The translations under genes were made by a program, and so were the position numbers. From Candidatus Multivoradales bacterium (GTDB taxonomy: Bacteria; Acidobacteriota; Thermoanaerobaculia; Multivoradales; JAHEKO01), in contig CBDCXM010000008.1 of assembly GCA_965223855.1 (NCBI GenBank), forward strand, positions 96,001 to 160,000: a stretch of 64,000 nt of DNA. The letters run 5' to 3'. Positions within the stretch are counted from its first letter, which is position 1. Each line of letters starts with the position of its first letter. Shown piece by piece: positions 38,311 to 48,588 of this stretch. Under the pieces are notes generated by a model, which did not search any database, was not told the origin of the DNA, and saw nothing but the letters and a program-made list of their open reading frames with translations.

Positions 38311-40757
38311 GGCGCGGTCTGCCAGCGGTCGAGGCCGGAGGCAGCCCCCTCGAGCCCGAAGAGCTCGGCGAGCAGAACCTCGACGCGGTTGCCCCAGCTG
38401 CCGACGTCGGTGCCGTCCCACACCTCACCGCCCACGAGCGCGATCCCCGCGGCAGCGAGACGCTCCCAGCCGTCGAGGGATCCGGTCCGCACATCCCACG
38501 ACTCGTAAGGGCTGTGCAGATCCCAACGGCCCCACTCGAGGTAGCCGCGCACCGGCGTCGACTCCGCGTCGAACTCTTCGAGGAGACCGTCGAGGTGGGC
38601 CATCTGGGTGTCGAGCATCAGCAGGCTCTGCACCCCGAAAGCCGAGAAGAGATCGGGGTGCTGGAGCGTGGTCATCACCGCGGGGCCCGAAGAGAAACCC
38701 ATGCCGACGTTGGCGCGGCCCTCCCGGCCGGCGATCGTACGGAACCGCTGGTCGAACTCGGGCACGAACTGCGAAGCGAACAGCGCTCCGACCCCCGGCA
38801 TCCGGGGCAGCTGCAGCTCGACCGCGATCAGCGGGCGCACCCGGCTTCCCACCGACGCTTCGAGAGCCGCCGGCCACGCCATCGACTCGAAGGCTCCGGG
38901 CTGGTGCACGTACACGACTGGATAGCGCTCGTCGCCGTCCTCGTAGCCGGGCGGAAGCCAGACGCGAGCCTGCACCGCGATCGGTTCCGGAGCCTCGACT
39001 TCCCCTTCCGTCTCGGCGCCGTCACCCTCCGGAGTCGGAGGCTGGAGGGAGATCTCGATCTGCTCGACGGTTCCGCCCCCCTCACCCGCGCCGGTGTCGG
39101 CGCGTCCCGGCCACTCGGGCCCGGCGTACCACGACACCGACATGGGCGGCCCGAAGTTGAAGTTCATGTCGGGCCCCAGAAGAGTGCTGAGCCCGTGACG
39201 CTCGTGCGCCGGATCGACACGGGGCTGGTAGTCGACGAAGTACAGGTAGCTCACCCTTGCCTTCGGGTCGAGCTCGGTCGACCACCACCACAGATCGGTC
39301 CCCTCGAGCCGCTGCATCGGCTCTTCGGTGCGAGCTCCGATCATCTCCCCCGCCACCGCGACATCGTCGGCCTCGCCGCGATAGAGGAAGACCACCTCGT
39401 CGCCGTCGGCGAGCGGCAGATCTCGATCGGCCAGGAACGCCTCGACCACCGATGAGCGGTCTTCCGCCGCAGCGACTTCGGCGGCCAATCGGGTCAGAAT
39501 CTCCGGCATCGCGGCGGGAGCGTCCGCGCTGCGCTTGCGATCGCGCCGCACCAGATCGACCCGCGCGATCTCCGTCAGGCTGCGGGCGTAAATCGCCTCC
39601 CCGGCGTGACTCGGAGGAGTCCACGCGAGGTCGTCAAAGAGCGGAACGCGACTCGACTCCTGCCATCCGTCGGTGCTCGCGGCACCGAGATGGAGACTCC
39701 CGGCTTTCGCCAGCACGGCGAGCTGGCCTCCGACATTGACGAGGAAACCGTCCCCCGGCTCCCGCGAGCGCCACAGAAGCTCGCCGGTCGCCGGATCCAC
39801 CGCGCTGAGGAATCGCGCGGTATACCCGTAGAGCGCCTGCGCGCCTGTCGTCGGTGGGCTGTAGCTGCGCGACAGCCCCTTGCCCTTGACCGACGCCTCG
39901 GCGCTCCAACCCTCGTCACCCTTCGCGACGGTCACCACGAAGGTCTCCCCGTCCTGGTGCTTGACGAATAGCCGGTCGTCTCCGATCGGCATCGGTGCCT
40001 GGGTCCGGGTTCCCATGATGCCGCCCTCGAGAGGCATCTCCCAGAGAACGCTGCCATCCATCGGATCGAGACCGGCCAGCTTCGCCGAAGCGGCGACCAC
40101 GACCTGAAGCTTGCCGCCCAGCTCCGTCGCCACGGGGGACGGCTGCCCGAGCTGACCCGCTTCGTCGAAGGACTGCCACCTCACGTCGCCGCTCGCCGCA
40201 TCGAGTCCGACGACCGATCCCGAGTCGCCACCGATCTGGACGATGACCAGATCGCCGACGACCAGCGGCGAGCTGCCGAAACCGTAGAACGGTGGGCTCT
40301 TCTCCATCTCCTCGACAAAGTGCTTCGACCAGAGGAGCTCACCGCTCTCGAGGTCCAGAGCGATCCCGGTGCCGTGCGCGCCGACCATGAAGACCCTGCC
40401 GTCGGCGATCGCCGGCGTAGCGATCGGACCGTCATGAGAGCCGTCGTGTCCCTTGTAGGGCGCCGGGAGATCGTGCCGCCACAGCTCGCGACCATCTTCG
40501 AGCGCGAGGGCCACGACGAAGTCGGTCTCGCCCTCGGTCGCCGCGGTGACGAGCCGGTCTCCGGCGATCGCAATCCCCGAGTAGCCGCTCCCAAGAGGGT
40601 GCTTCCACGCGATCTCGAAGTCGAGGAAGCCCTCTCCCTCCGGCAGGCCGCCTTCGACCCGACCGGTGCCGTCGGCACCCCGAAAGCCGGGCCAGTCGGC
40701 CGACAGCGGCATGGCGATCAACAGTAGGCCGAGAACGTAGGTCGCGGTTCTGAACAT
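38307..40757 (-). CDS. Secreted PQQ-type beta-propeller + E-set + esterase-fold fusion
   Basis: AAGGAG RBS, MFRTATYVLGLLLIAMPLSADWPGFRG; GSGYSG, GELLW repeats; VVFLYRG..VAVAG; WLPPGY...RYPVVY. Confidence 0.85.
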   Translation of the reverse strand: MFRTATYVLGLLLIAMPLSADWPGFRGADGTGRVEGGLPEGEGFLDFEIAWKHPLGSGYSGIAIAGDRLVTAATEGETDFVVALALEDGRELWRHDLPAPYKGHDGSHDGPIATPAIADGRVFMVGAHGTGIALDLESGELLWSKHFVEEMEKSPPFYGFGSSPLVVGDLVIVQIGGDSGSVVGLDAASGDVRWQSFDEAGQLGQPSPVATELGGKLQVVVAASAKLAGLDPMDGSVLWEMPLEGGIMGTRTQAPMPIGDDRLFVKHQDGETFVVTVAKGDEGWSAEASVKGKGLSRSYSPPTTGAQALYGYTARFLSAVDPATGELLWRSREPGDGFLVNVGGQLAVLAKAGSLHLGAASTDGWQESSRVPLFDDLAWTPPSHAGEAIYARSLTEIARVDLVRRDRKRSADAPAAMPEILTRLAAEVAAAEDRSSVVEAFLADRDLPLADGDEVVFLYRGEADDVAVAGEMIGARTEEPMQRLEGTDLWWWSTELDPKARVSYLYFVDYQPRVDPAHERHGLSTLLGPDMNFNFGPPMSVSWYAGPEWPGRADTGAGEGGGTVEQIEISLQPPTPEGDGAETEGEVEAPEPIAVQARVWLPPGYEDGDERYPVVYVHQPGAFESMAWPAALEASVGSRVRPLIAVELQLPRMPGVGALFASQFVPEFDQRFRTIAGREGRANVGMGFSSGPAVMTTLQHPDLFSAFGVQSLLMLDTQMAHLDGLLEEFDAESTPVRGYLEWGRWDLHSPYESWDVRTGSLDGWERLAAAGIALVGGEVWDGTDVGSWGNRVEVLLAELFGLEGAASGLDRWQTAP

Positions 40758-41138
40758 GAAGCGTCTCCTTGGTATGGGAGGCGACTGCAGCCGCCGTCGT
40801 TGGGTTCCGGAGAGGGCGCACTCTACCCCTAACCGCCGCGGGCATCGACACTCCGGCATCTGTACGCTGACAAGCGCGTCGGGTTTCGTGTACGCTTTCC
40901 GTTCCTCGGCGCCAGTGAGCCACCGGAGATCGCCCCTGGCTGGGATCCCGAGCTGCACCGCCGAGAGTCGTGACACCGGAGAGGTCACCCGAAGCACCTC
41001 ACCGGCAAGCGCGCAGCGGGCAGCAGGGACGCTGGCCGCGAGCCTCCAAGGGCTCGAATCACACCGCCAGAGAATGAAACACCGACTCCATGCTCCGCGA
41101 GCGCCCGTGGCCCGCACTTCCGGCGGGTCCATCGCACC

Positions 41139-44100
41139 ATGAGCGGGCCCGCCCAGGAATCCAAGGCGTCCAGCCGCAGGCGATCGCGCAAGCCGCGCAG
41201 GTCGGGCGGCAACGCCCGACTGGTGCCCCTCTACAAGAGGTCGAGCTCTCACTTCTCGCCCGAGGACCGTCAGCGGGGCACCGACTACTTCCGTGAGGAT
41301 CGGGTCCGGCTCGAGATCGACGGCAAGCGTGCGACGGCGAAGGTCGAAGGCAACGACCAGCCGCTCTACCGCGTCGGTATCGACTGGACGCGAGTGAGCG
41401 ATCGGCGGGTTCACATCTTCTGCGAGTGTCCCGCCTTCGCCAACGGCCGTTCCTGCAAGCACCTCTGGGCCGCGCTGCTGGCCCTGGGCGAGGCGGGTGC
41501 CGAGCACCAACCGCCCGGCAAGGATCGACTCGGCCTGCGCAAAGACCGCGCGGCGCGCTGGCCCGAGCTCGGCGTCAGCCAGGGCGAGAGCGAGACGCCC
41601 CCCGCCGGTCGATCGCGACGGCGGCGCTCGAATCGCGACCGGTCGAGCCACGGCACATCGTGGCGCTCGCAGCTCGACGCCGTCCGCGACGACCACGATC
41701 GGGTGCGCGAAGCGATCGTCCCGGTGGCGGCGACGAACGCGCGTCCCACTCCCGTATCGACCGGCATCCGCTTTCTGATCAACCTGGTCGCCAGCACCGA
41801 GAGCGAGGGTCTGGTGCTCGATCTGTTTGAGAAGCGCCCGGCGAACGGCCCGCGACGCAAGACCGAGAAACTCAAGCGGGCTTCGCTGTCGGGCGGCGAG
41901 TTGGAGCGGCTGTTGCGCGCCTCCGACGACCACTCGACCTCGTCGCTCCCCGTCATCACGGCGCTCCCCATCAGCACCACCCCGAGCCAGGGACGCGGTC
42001 GCAAGAAGAAGGCGAAGAAGTCCGGCATTCAGCGCTTCCGGCTGCCCCCTGCGCTTTTCGACCCGCTGCTGCCGCAGCTCGCCGCCCAGGGCGACCTCGG
42101 ATGGTGGGACGGCCGCGCGTTCCGCACGGTGCACGACTTGAAGTGGGATCACGGCACTCCCTGGGAGCTGGTGCTGAAGATGGAGCCGTCCGACGACGAG
42201 AGCGTCCGGCTGCGCGCCTACCTCGAGCGCAACGGCGACTCGGTGACGCTCGCCCGCCCCAAGCTGATCGTCATGACCGACGACGCTCAGATGGCTCTCG
42301 CCGTCTTCCCCGAGACGGTCGCCCTCCTGGCCGCACAGCGAGAACGGGATCTCCCCTGGATCCGCCTGCTGCGCAAGACCCCGGAAATGCTGATCCCCAA
42401 CGGCCACCTCGAGGAGGCGTTCTCCGAGTTGCTCGAGCTGCCGACCCTCCCCCGCCTCGAGGCGCCGGAGCACCTCCAGCTGGAGGTCGAGACCTCGGAA
42501 CCGCGCCCGAAGCTCGTTCTCGAGCACCAGACCGACCTCCAGTTCGGCGAGCCGAAGCTCGAAGCGGAGCTTTCCTTCGACTACGGCGAGCTGAGCGTGC
42601 GAGCGGGAGACCTGAGCGCAGCCGTCGTCGACTGGGACGAGCGGGTCTTCGTCCGCCGCGACCTCGAGGCAGAGCAGAAGGCGGTCTTCAGACTGCTCGA
42701 CCTCGGGGTCAGGACGATCCCTACGAAGAACGGCACCGAGCTCGAGCTCGATCCGATGCAGGTACCCGCCGTCACCGAGCCGCTGCTGCGTGAGGGCTGG
42801 TCGGTCGAGATCACCGGTGCATCGCTGCGCCCGCCGAGCCCCCCGGCGCTCAAGGTCGAGAGCGGCATCGACTGGTTCGAGGTCTCCGGGGACATCGACT
42901 TCGGCGGCAAGCGGCTCGGTCTGAGGAAGGTGCTCGAGGCGATTCATCGCGGCGAGCGCTACGTCGAGCTCGACGACGGCTCCCAGGGGCTCCTTCCGGA
43001 AGACTGGATGGAGACCTACGACTCTCTGGCCAAGCTGGCTCACGACACCAGCGAGGACGGGCTGCGGTTCCTGCCGTCGCAGGCGCTGCTGGTCGACGCG
43101 CTGCTGGCATCGATGCCGCCGGCCAATGTCGACCGGGCGTTCGCCGACCTGCGCGACAACCTGCAGTCGTTCGATCGGATCAAGCCGCGCAAGGAGCTGC
43201 CGAGCTTCGAGGGCGAGTTGCGCAAGTACCAGCGCCTCGGGCTCGGCTGGCTGTGCTTCCTGCGGGAGTTCGGGCTCGGCGGTGTGCTCGCCGACGACAT
43301 GGGGCTCGGCAAGACCGTTCAGGTGCTCGCGATGCTGCAGATGCATCGCACCCCGTCGAAGAGCAGCAAGCTGCCGTCGCTGGTCGTGGCGCCTCGCAGC
43401 CTCGTCTACAACTGGATCGAGGAGGCTTCCCGCTTCACGCCGAAGCTCAAGGTCGTCGAGTACCTCGGCACCAGCCGCGAGGCGCTCAAGGAGAAGCTCG
43501 GCAAGTACGACATCGTCGTCACCACCTACGGCACGCTGCGTCTCGACATCGCCTTTCTCGCCACGGTCGAGTTCGACACCGTCGTTCTCGACGAGGCACA
43601 GGCGATCAAGAACCCGTCGTCGCAGACCGCCAAGGCGAGCCGCCTGCTCAACGGCCGCCATCGCCTCGCTCTGACCGGCACGCCGATCGAGAACCACCTC
43701 GGCGAGCTGGGCTCGATCTTCGAGTTCCTGAATCCCGGCCTGCTCGGGCGGCTCCCGGTGCTCGAAGTGCTGGCCGGCGGCCGCACGCCGAGCGAAAAGG
43801 AACTCGCCCTGGTCGCCGAGGGCATCCGGCCATTCATCCTCCGCCGCACGAAGGCGGAGGTGCTCCCCGACCTGCCGCCGAAGACCGAACAGGTGCTCCA
43901 GTGCACGCTGATGCCGCGCCAGCGCGAGCTCTACGACGAGCTCAAGACGCAGTACCAGCAGAGCCTGCTCGAGCAGGTGGAACAGCAGGGAGTCGGCGGC
44001 TCGGCGATCCAGGTGCTGCAAGCGCTGCTGCGACTGCGCCAGGTCGCCTGCCACCCGGGACTAGTCGACGAGGAGTGGGACGACGCCGGCAGCGCCAAGC

Positions 44101-44603
44101 TCGAGACGCTCTTCGAGCAGGTACGCGAGGTGCTCGACGAGGGGCACAAGGTGCTCGTGTTCTCGCAGTTCACCAAGCTCCTCGCCTACGTCCGCCGCCA
44201 GCTCGACGAAGAGGGGGTTCAGTACGCCTACCTCGACGGCAAGACGCGCGATCGCGCAGGAGCGGTCGAGCGTTTCCAGAACGACCCGGAATGCAACCTC
44301 TTCCTGATCTCCCTCAAGGCGGGCGGGACCGGTCTCAACCTCACCGCCGCCGACTACGTGTTCCTCCTCGACCCGTGGTGGAACCCGGCCGTCGAGGCAC
44401 AGGCGATCGATCGCGCCCACCGCATCGGCCAGGAGCAACCGGTCTTCGCCTACCGGCTGATCGCCCGCGACACCGTCGAGGAGAAGATCCTCGAGCTGCA
44501 GAAATCGAAGCGGCAGATCGCCGATGCGATCCTCGAGGGTGAGGGCGAGGGCGGGTCGGTGAAGGACCTCACTGCCGAGGACCTCAAGGTCCTGTTGAGC
44601 TGA
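41139..44603 (+). CDS. SNF2-family helicase with N-terminal SWIM zinc finger
   Basis: CECP...CKH SWIM; LADDMGLGKT, DEAQ, TGTPIEN, VFSQF, DPWWNPAVEAQAIDRAHRIGQ. Confidence 0.93.
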   Translation: MSGPAQESKASSRRRSRKPRRSGGNARLVPLYKRSSSHFSPEDRQRGTDYFREDRVRLEIDGKRATAKVEGNDQPLYRVGIDWTRVSDRRVHIFCECPAFANGRSCKHLWAALLALGEAGAEHQPPGKDRLGLRKDRAARWPELGVSQGESETPPAGRSRRRRSNRDRSSHGTSWRSQLDAVRDDHDRVREAIVPVAATNARPTPVSTGIRFLINLVASTESEGLVLDLFEKRPANGPRRKTEKLKRASLSGGELERLLRASDDHSTSSLPVITALPISTTPSQGRGRKKKAKKSGIQRFRLPPALFDPLLPQLAAQGDLGWWDGRAFRTVHDLKWDHGTPWELVLKMEPSDDESVRLRAYLERNGDSVTLARPKLIVMTDDAQMALAVFPETVALLAAQRERDLPWIRLLRKTPEMLIPNGHLEEAFSELLELPTLPRLEAPEHLQLEVETSEPRPKLVLEHQTDLQFGEPKLEAELSFDYGELSVRAGDLSAAVVDWDERVFVRRDLEAEQKAVFRLLDLGVRTIPTKNGTELELDPMQVPAVTEPLLREGWSVEITGASLRPPSPPALKVESGIDWFEVSGDIDFGGKRLGLRKVLEAIHRGERYVELDDGSQGLLPEDWMETYDSLAKLAHDTSEDGLRFLPSQALLVDALLASMPPANVDRAFADLRDNLQSFDRIKPRKELPSFEGELRKYQRLGLGWLCFLREFGLGGVLADDMGLGKTVQVLAMLQMHRTPSKSSKLPSLVVAPRSLVYNWIEEASRFTPKLKVVEYLGTSREALKEKLGKYDIVVTTYGTLRLDIAFLATVEFDTVVLDEAQAIKNPSSQTAKASRLLNGRHRLALTGTPIENHLGELGSIFEFLNPGLLGRLPVLEVLAGGRTPSEKELALVAEGIRPFILRRTKAEVLPDLPPKTEQVLQCTLMPRQRELYDELKTQYQQSLLEQVEQQGVGGSAIQVLQALLRLRQVACHPGLVDEEWDDAGSAKLETLFEQVREVLDEGHKVLVFSQFTKLLAYVRRQLDEEGVQYAYLDGKTRDRAGAVERFQNDPECNLFLISLKAGGTGLNLTAADYVFLLDPWWNPAVEAQAIDRAHRIGQEQPVFAYRLIARDTVEEKILELQKSKRQIADAILEGEGEGGSVKDLTAEDLKVLLS

Positions 44604-44700
44604 ACGGCTCCATGGCGTTCTCTTGGTCCGCGTCCTTCCCAGCCGACTGCGCCGCATCCTTCACTGCGCCACGACCCCGGCTCACTTACGATCCACCGTC

Positions 44701-45681
44701 ATGAGGATTCCCGGTTCGCGCCCCTCCGCCTGCCGCAGCACCTTGCTGGGGCTGGCGTTGTCGGCGTGCATCAGCTTCCACGGGCCGCTCGTCCCGACCC
44801 TCGAGGCACAGGAGACCGAGAGCGGTACCACCGAAACCCAGCCCACCGAGACCCCGACCACCGAGTCCGAGAGCGCCGAGCCCTCCGAGACGAGCGCCGG
44901 CGAGCTGGAGGAGGACCTCGAGACACTGCAGCGCGAGCTCGAGGCCATCGATCGCACGTTCGCTGGTCTGGAAGAGCGGCTGCGCGCTTCGCAGTCGGCT
45001 CTCGAGCAGTCGACCGAGCGCAGCCAGGAGCTCGCAGACCGCGCCCAACTGGCCACCGATCTGGCCGAGGCACGGCTCGCCCTCCAATCTCTGCCACCGG
45101 CGACCGACGCCGCTGCGACCGAGCGGATCCAGCGGATCGACGTGCTGCTCGACACCGCGGACGAGGAGCTCTCGAACGACAACGTCGGCAACGCGCAGCG
45201 GGTCCTGCAACAGGCGGCGACGCTGCTCGACGCTGTCGCGCCCGTCGAGCGGAACGACGACGGCCCCCCGACCGGCGGCGCAGTCTCAATCGGCCAGTTG
45301 AGGACGCTCGATCCGACCAACCTGCGCCGCCGACCGGCCCTGACCTCGGACAGGATCTCCGTACTCCGCAAGGGCGCGCTCGTGCGCGCACTCGCACGCA
45401 ACGGCGAGTGGTACGAGGTCGAGACCGGCGACGGCCAGCGCGGCTGGGTCCACTCGCGACTGGTCGAAGAACTCGACGACGTGCACGCCGACGAGCCAGG
45501 CGGCTGGATCACCACCGCGCTCGTCAACGTGCGACAGGAGCCGGACCTCGAAGCGGCACGCCTCGGGCGCCTGGAGGCCGGTACCGTCGTCCGCAGTCTC
45601 GAGCGCAGCGGTGTGTGGCACCGGGTCGACTTCTTCGGCAGCGAAGGGTGGGTCCACGGCGACTACCTCCGCCGGCGCTGA
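44701..45681 (+). CDS. Secreted coiled-coil protein with two bacterial SH3 domains
   Basis: NLRRRP...WYEVETGDGQRGWVHS; VNVRQEP...GWVHGDYL. Confidence 0.8.
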   Translation: MRIPGSRPSACRSTLLGLALSACISFHGPLVPTLEAQETESGTTETQPTETPTTESESAEPSETSAGELEEDLETLQRELEAIDRTFAGLEERLRASQSALEQSTERSQELADRAQLATDLAEARLALQSLPPATDAAATERIQRIDVLLDTADEELSNDNVGNAQRVLQQAATLLDAVAPVERNDDGPPTGGAVSIGQLRTLDPTNLRRRPALTSDRISVLRKGALVRALARNGEWYEVETGDGQRGWVHSRLVEELDDVHADEPGGWITTALVNVRQEPDLEAARLGRLEAGTVVRSLERSGVWHRVDFFGSEGWVHGDYLRRR

Positions 45682-45708
45682 CGGCACCGCGCGTCCCGAG
45701 CCAGCCGC

Positions 45709-47394
45709 CTAGGCCGCCTGGCAGACCTCCACACGGTTGCGGCCGAGCCGTTTCGCCCGACTGACCGCCGACTGCAGGTTGACCAGCATCTCGGTCCGCG
45801 TCCCGCCGTCGTCGGGATAGGAGGCGACCCCGGCACTGACAGTCAACCTCCGGCCCTCCGCCATCTCGAGGTCGCGACCGGCGAAGCGCTGACGGATCCG
45901 CTCCGCCACGGCGCCCGCCTCCCCCTTGCCGGTGCCCGGCAGGACCACCACGAACTCGACCCCCTCGTAGCGGGCCACGACGTCGGTCGGCCTCAGGTCG
46001 CCGGTCAGCACCGCGCTGAACTCGCGCAGCATCGAGTCTCCCATCAGGTGGCCGAGTTCGTCGTTGACCTGCTGGAAGCGGTCGAGATCGAAGAGGATCA
46101 GCGAGAAGGTGTGACGCGACCGCCGGCCCGCCGAAAGCTCCCGGTCGATGGCGCGATGGACGTAGCTGCGGTTGTGAAGCCCCGTCAGTTCGTCGGTGAC
46201 CGACAGCTCCTTCACCCGCTCGCGCGCCATCGCCAGCTCGCGCATCATCTGGTTGCACGCCCTCGTGAGCTCCCCCACCTGGCCGCCGACCCGAACCGGC
46301 ACCGGATCGGGCTCCCCGCCCTCGGCGCTGACCCGGGCGGCGGCGATCAGGTCGTCGATCGGCCGGGTGAAGCGCCGCGCCAACCATCGGCCGAGGTAGA
46401 GCAGCACCATCAACGACGTCAGTCCGGTGGCGATCATGATCCGCCTCAGCGTGGCCATCGGCCCACCGGCCGTCTCCGGCGCGATCTCGACGACGATGCC
46501 GAGATGCCTGTGCTCGAGATAGTCGGACATCGCCAGGACCGGTACGTCCGCTTCGTTGCGGTATTCGAGGAGACGCCCCTGGTCCCTGCCACCGAGACCC
46601 AGACTCGCTGCTACGCCCACCGACGGAACCGGCCCGAGCGCACCGCCCCGCGTGCGGGCGGAGTCGAAGAGTGGCACCCGATCCGTACCGACAATCAGAA
46701 ACCGCCCCCCACCGATCACCGTCTCGGCGCGAAGGCGAGACCAGAGGTCCGTCAGCAGGCCCACCGACACCAGCGCATGGCCCTGTGGAGAGGGCGCCGG
46801 AAGGCTGCGTTGAACGATGACCTGAGGCTCGCGTCCGTCGGACTGCACCTCGACACGGTCACGCGGCGTCCGGACGGCGGCGACACGCCCTGGGAGCACC
46901 GAGAGCTCGCGACCGGCACGGGCAAGGGGTACCCCGGCGTCGTCGTAGATCGCGAGCTCGAGAAAGTGAGGCGCGAGCAGCCTCAGCCGCTCGAGCGAGG
47001 CATCCCTCTCCGTTCGTCCGGAGGCCACGGCCGTGTCGGCGGCGAGGTGCTCCGCCCAGCGCTCCGTCTCGGCGACGCGCTCCGCGATCGCCGTCTCGAG
47101 AGCGTTCGAGAGCTGCGAGAGGCGGACCACGAGGTCTCTCTCGATCCTCGTATGGATCAACGACGTGGCGGTCCAGTACGTGAGGAGACCCAGCAGGAGC
47201 GTCGGCGCTACGGCACACAGAAGGACGATCGTGAGGACCTTCCGACGCAGGTCACTCTCGGCCTCTGCCACGCCCGAGTCGGCGACAGGAGCCTCCGACT
47301 CCCATGCCGTGCTCTCGTGCCGCACATCGTCGCGCCGGCGGGCCTCACCGCGACGATCACGACCGTCCCTGGCTCTGGACTCGTACTGCGTCAT
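45709..47394 (-). CDS. Membrane sensor (Cache-like/HAMP) with degenerate GGDEF domain
   Basis: Two TMs, HAMP, TDELTGLHNR, DLDRFQQVNDELGH, RPTDVVARYEGVEF; start ATG 47394. Confidence 0.85.
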   Translation of the reverse strand: MTQYESRARDGRDRRGEARRRDDVRHESTAWESEAPVADSGVAEAESDLRRKVLTIVLLCAVAPTLLLGLLTYWTATSLIHTRIERDLVVRLSQLSNALETAIAERVAETERWAEHLAADTAVASGRTERDASLERLRLLAPHFLELAIYDDAGVPLARAGRELSVLPGRVAAVRTPRDRVEVQSDGREPQVIVQRSLPAPSPQGHALVSVGLLTDLWSRLRAETVIGGGRFLIVGTDRVPLFDSARTRGGALGPVPSVGVAASLGLGGRDQGRLLEYRNEADVPVLAMSDYLEHRHLGIVVEIAPETAGGPMATLRRIMIATGLTSLMVLLYLGRWLARRFTRPIDDLIAAARVSAEGGEPDPVPVRVGGQVGELTRACNQMMRELAMARERVKELSVTDELTGLHNRSYVHRAIDRELSAGRRSRHTFSLILFDLDRFQQVNDELGHLMGDSMLREFSAVLTGDLRPTDVVARYEGVEFVVVLPGTGKGEAGAVAERIRQRFAGRDLEMAEGRRLTVSAGVASYPDDGGTRTEMLVNLQSAVSRAKRLGRNRVEVCQAA

Positions 47395-47543
47395 CGAAGG
47401 TCTCTCCGGAGGGCCCGATTCGGGCCTCGCTTCCAACCCTCGCGCCGTGGAACACCCCCCCAAGGTGTCGCACCGACTCGCAGTCGATTCCTCGGCAAGG
47501 TACCACAAGGCCGATCGCCTCCCTGCACCGCGCCGAGGGCGAA

Positions 47544-47642
47544 TGGCGGAAGCGCATGGGAATCGAACCCACCCTCGCCGGGCATCACCCGCCGAACAAC
47601 GGTTTTGAAGACCGCGGGAGGCACCAGCCCCCGAGCGCTTCC
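47544..47642 (-). tRNA. selC: tRNA-Sec (anticodon UCA)
   Basis: GGAAGCGC...CTTCAAA...GGTTCGATTCCCATGCGCTTCCGCCA: 8-bp acceptor/5-bp T stem, 6-bp D stem with TGGT loop, long variable arm, encoded CCA. Confidence 0.95.
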
Positions 47643-47758
47643 GCGACGGATTGTAGCGGTGCCGCCTGGAATGGCAGAGGCGCATGGATCGTTCGTGATC
47701 GCCAATCGACCTGCCGCGAGATACGGCAACCCAGATCGTCGTGGGTAGACTCCACCCA

Positions 47759-48409
47759 ATGGAAAGCGGTCGATCATCAGCGCTCTCGGCACGCCGGAGA
47801 TTGCGCTGGCGATTCGCTCTGGGAGCTGCCCTGGCGCTCGCAGCACTCCTCGTGCTCGGAGCCGGCTACCTGTTCACTGGTTCCGAGGTCACCTGCGACG
47901 AGACCGGACCGAAGGAAGGCATCCGGCTGCGTTGCAGCTTCGTGGTCGCCGCCGCGCAGGAAGCGGTGTGGGAAGCGTTCACCACGACGGGCGAGCCCAG
48001 GGCTTTCTACTTCGACGCCGTGCTCGAGGCCGAGATGCGTCCGGGAGGCTCCTGGCGCTTCGTCACGGAGGATCGCGAGCGACTCCTGGCTGGTGGCGAG
48101 ATCCTGACGCTCGAGCCGCCTTTCCGATTCGCACAGACCTTCGCTGCGGCGGATCTGGACGATCCGCCGAGTCGGATCACGGTCGAGCTGGAGGCGCTCG
48201 ATGCCGGCTGCAGAGTGGTTCTCCTGCACGATCGGTTTCCGGGCCGGACCGCGACCTACAAGCGGTTCCGCCGCGCCCACCCCCTGGCCCTGAGCGCCCT
48301 GAGATCGCTGCTCGAGACCGGTGAACTACCGCTACGCGTCCGCCTGTACACGGCGATCTTCAAGCCGGGAATGAAACTGTTCACCGTCCGCGCCGACCCC
48401 TGGGAGTAG
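47759..48409 (+). CDS. SRPBCC/AHSA1-like domain protein with N-terminal TM
   Basis: VWEAFT, GEILTLEPPFRFAQTF, PPSRITVEL. Confidence 0.75.
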   Translation: MESGRSSALSARRRLRWRFALGAALALAALLVLGAGYLFTGSEVTCDETGPKEGIRLRCSFVVAAAQEAVWEAFTTTGEPRAFYFDAVLEAEMRPGGSWRFVTEDRERLLAGGEILTLEPPFRFAQTFAAADLDDPPSRITVELEALDAGCRVVLLHDRFPGRTATYKRFRRAHPLALSALRSLLETGELPLRVRLYTAIFKPGMKLFTVRADPWE

Positions 48410-48588
48410 ATGCTGGGGACCGAGGAGCTCCTTCCTGGAGGGCCGAACCCCTCGCGTTTTCGATGGCGTCGAAGGTCGCAGACCTCTCCAACACCCCGCC
48501 GGCGGCCAGGGATTGTCTGCAGCTGCAACCGAACCACGGAAGCGGGCGAAACCGGCTTCAACCATCACACCTCGGGGTGCCTCCAGCC

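Noticed and set aside
40758-44054. 1915-aa minus-strand ORF (38307-44054)
   Set aside because: The upstream ~1100 aa is the antisense shadow of the SNF2 gene; the real protein starts at 40757 with an RBS and signal peptide.
47395-47685. Extension of the GGDEF ORF across selC
   Set aside because: Overlaps the tRNA; ATG 47394 is the more plausible start.
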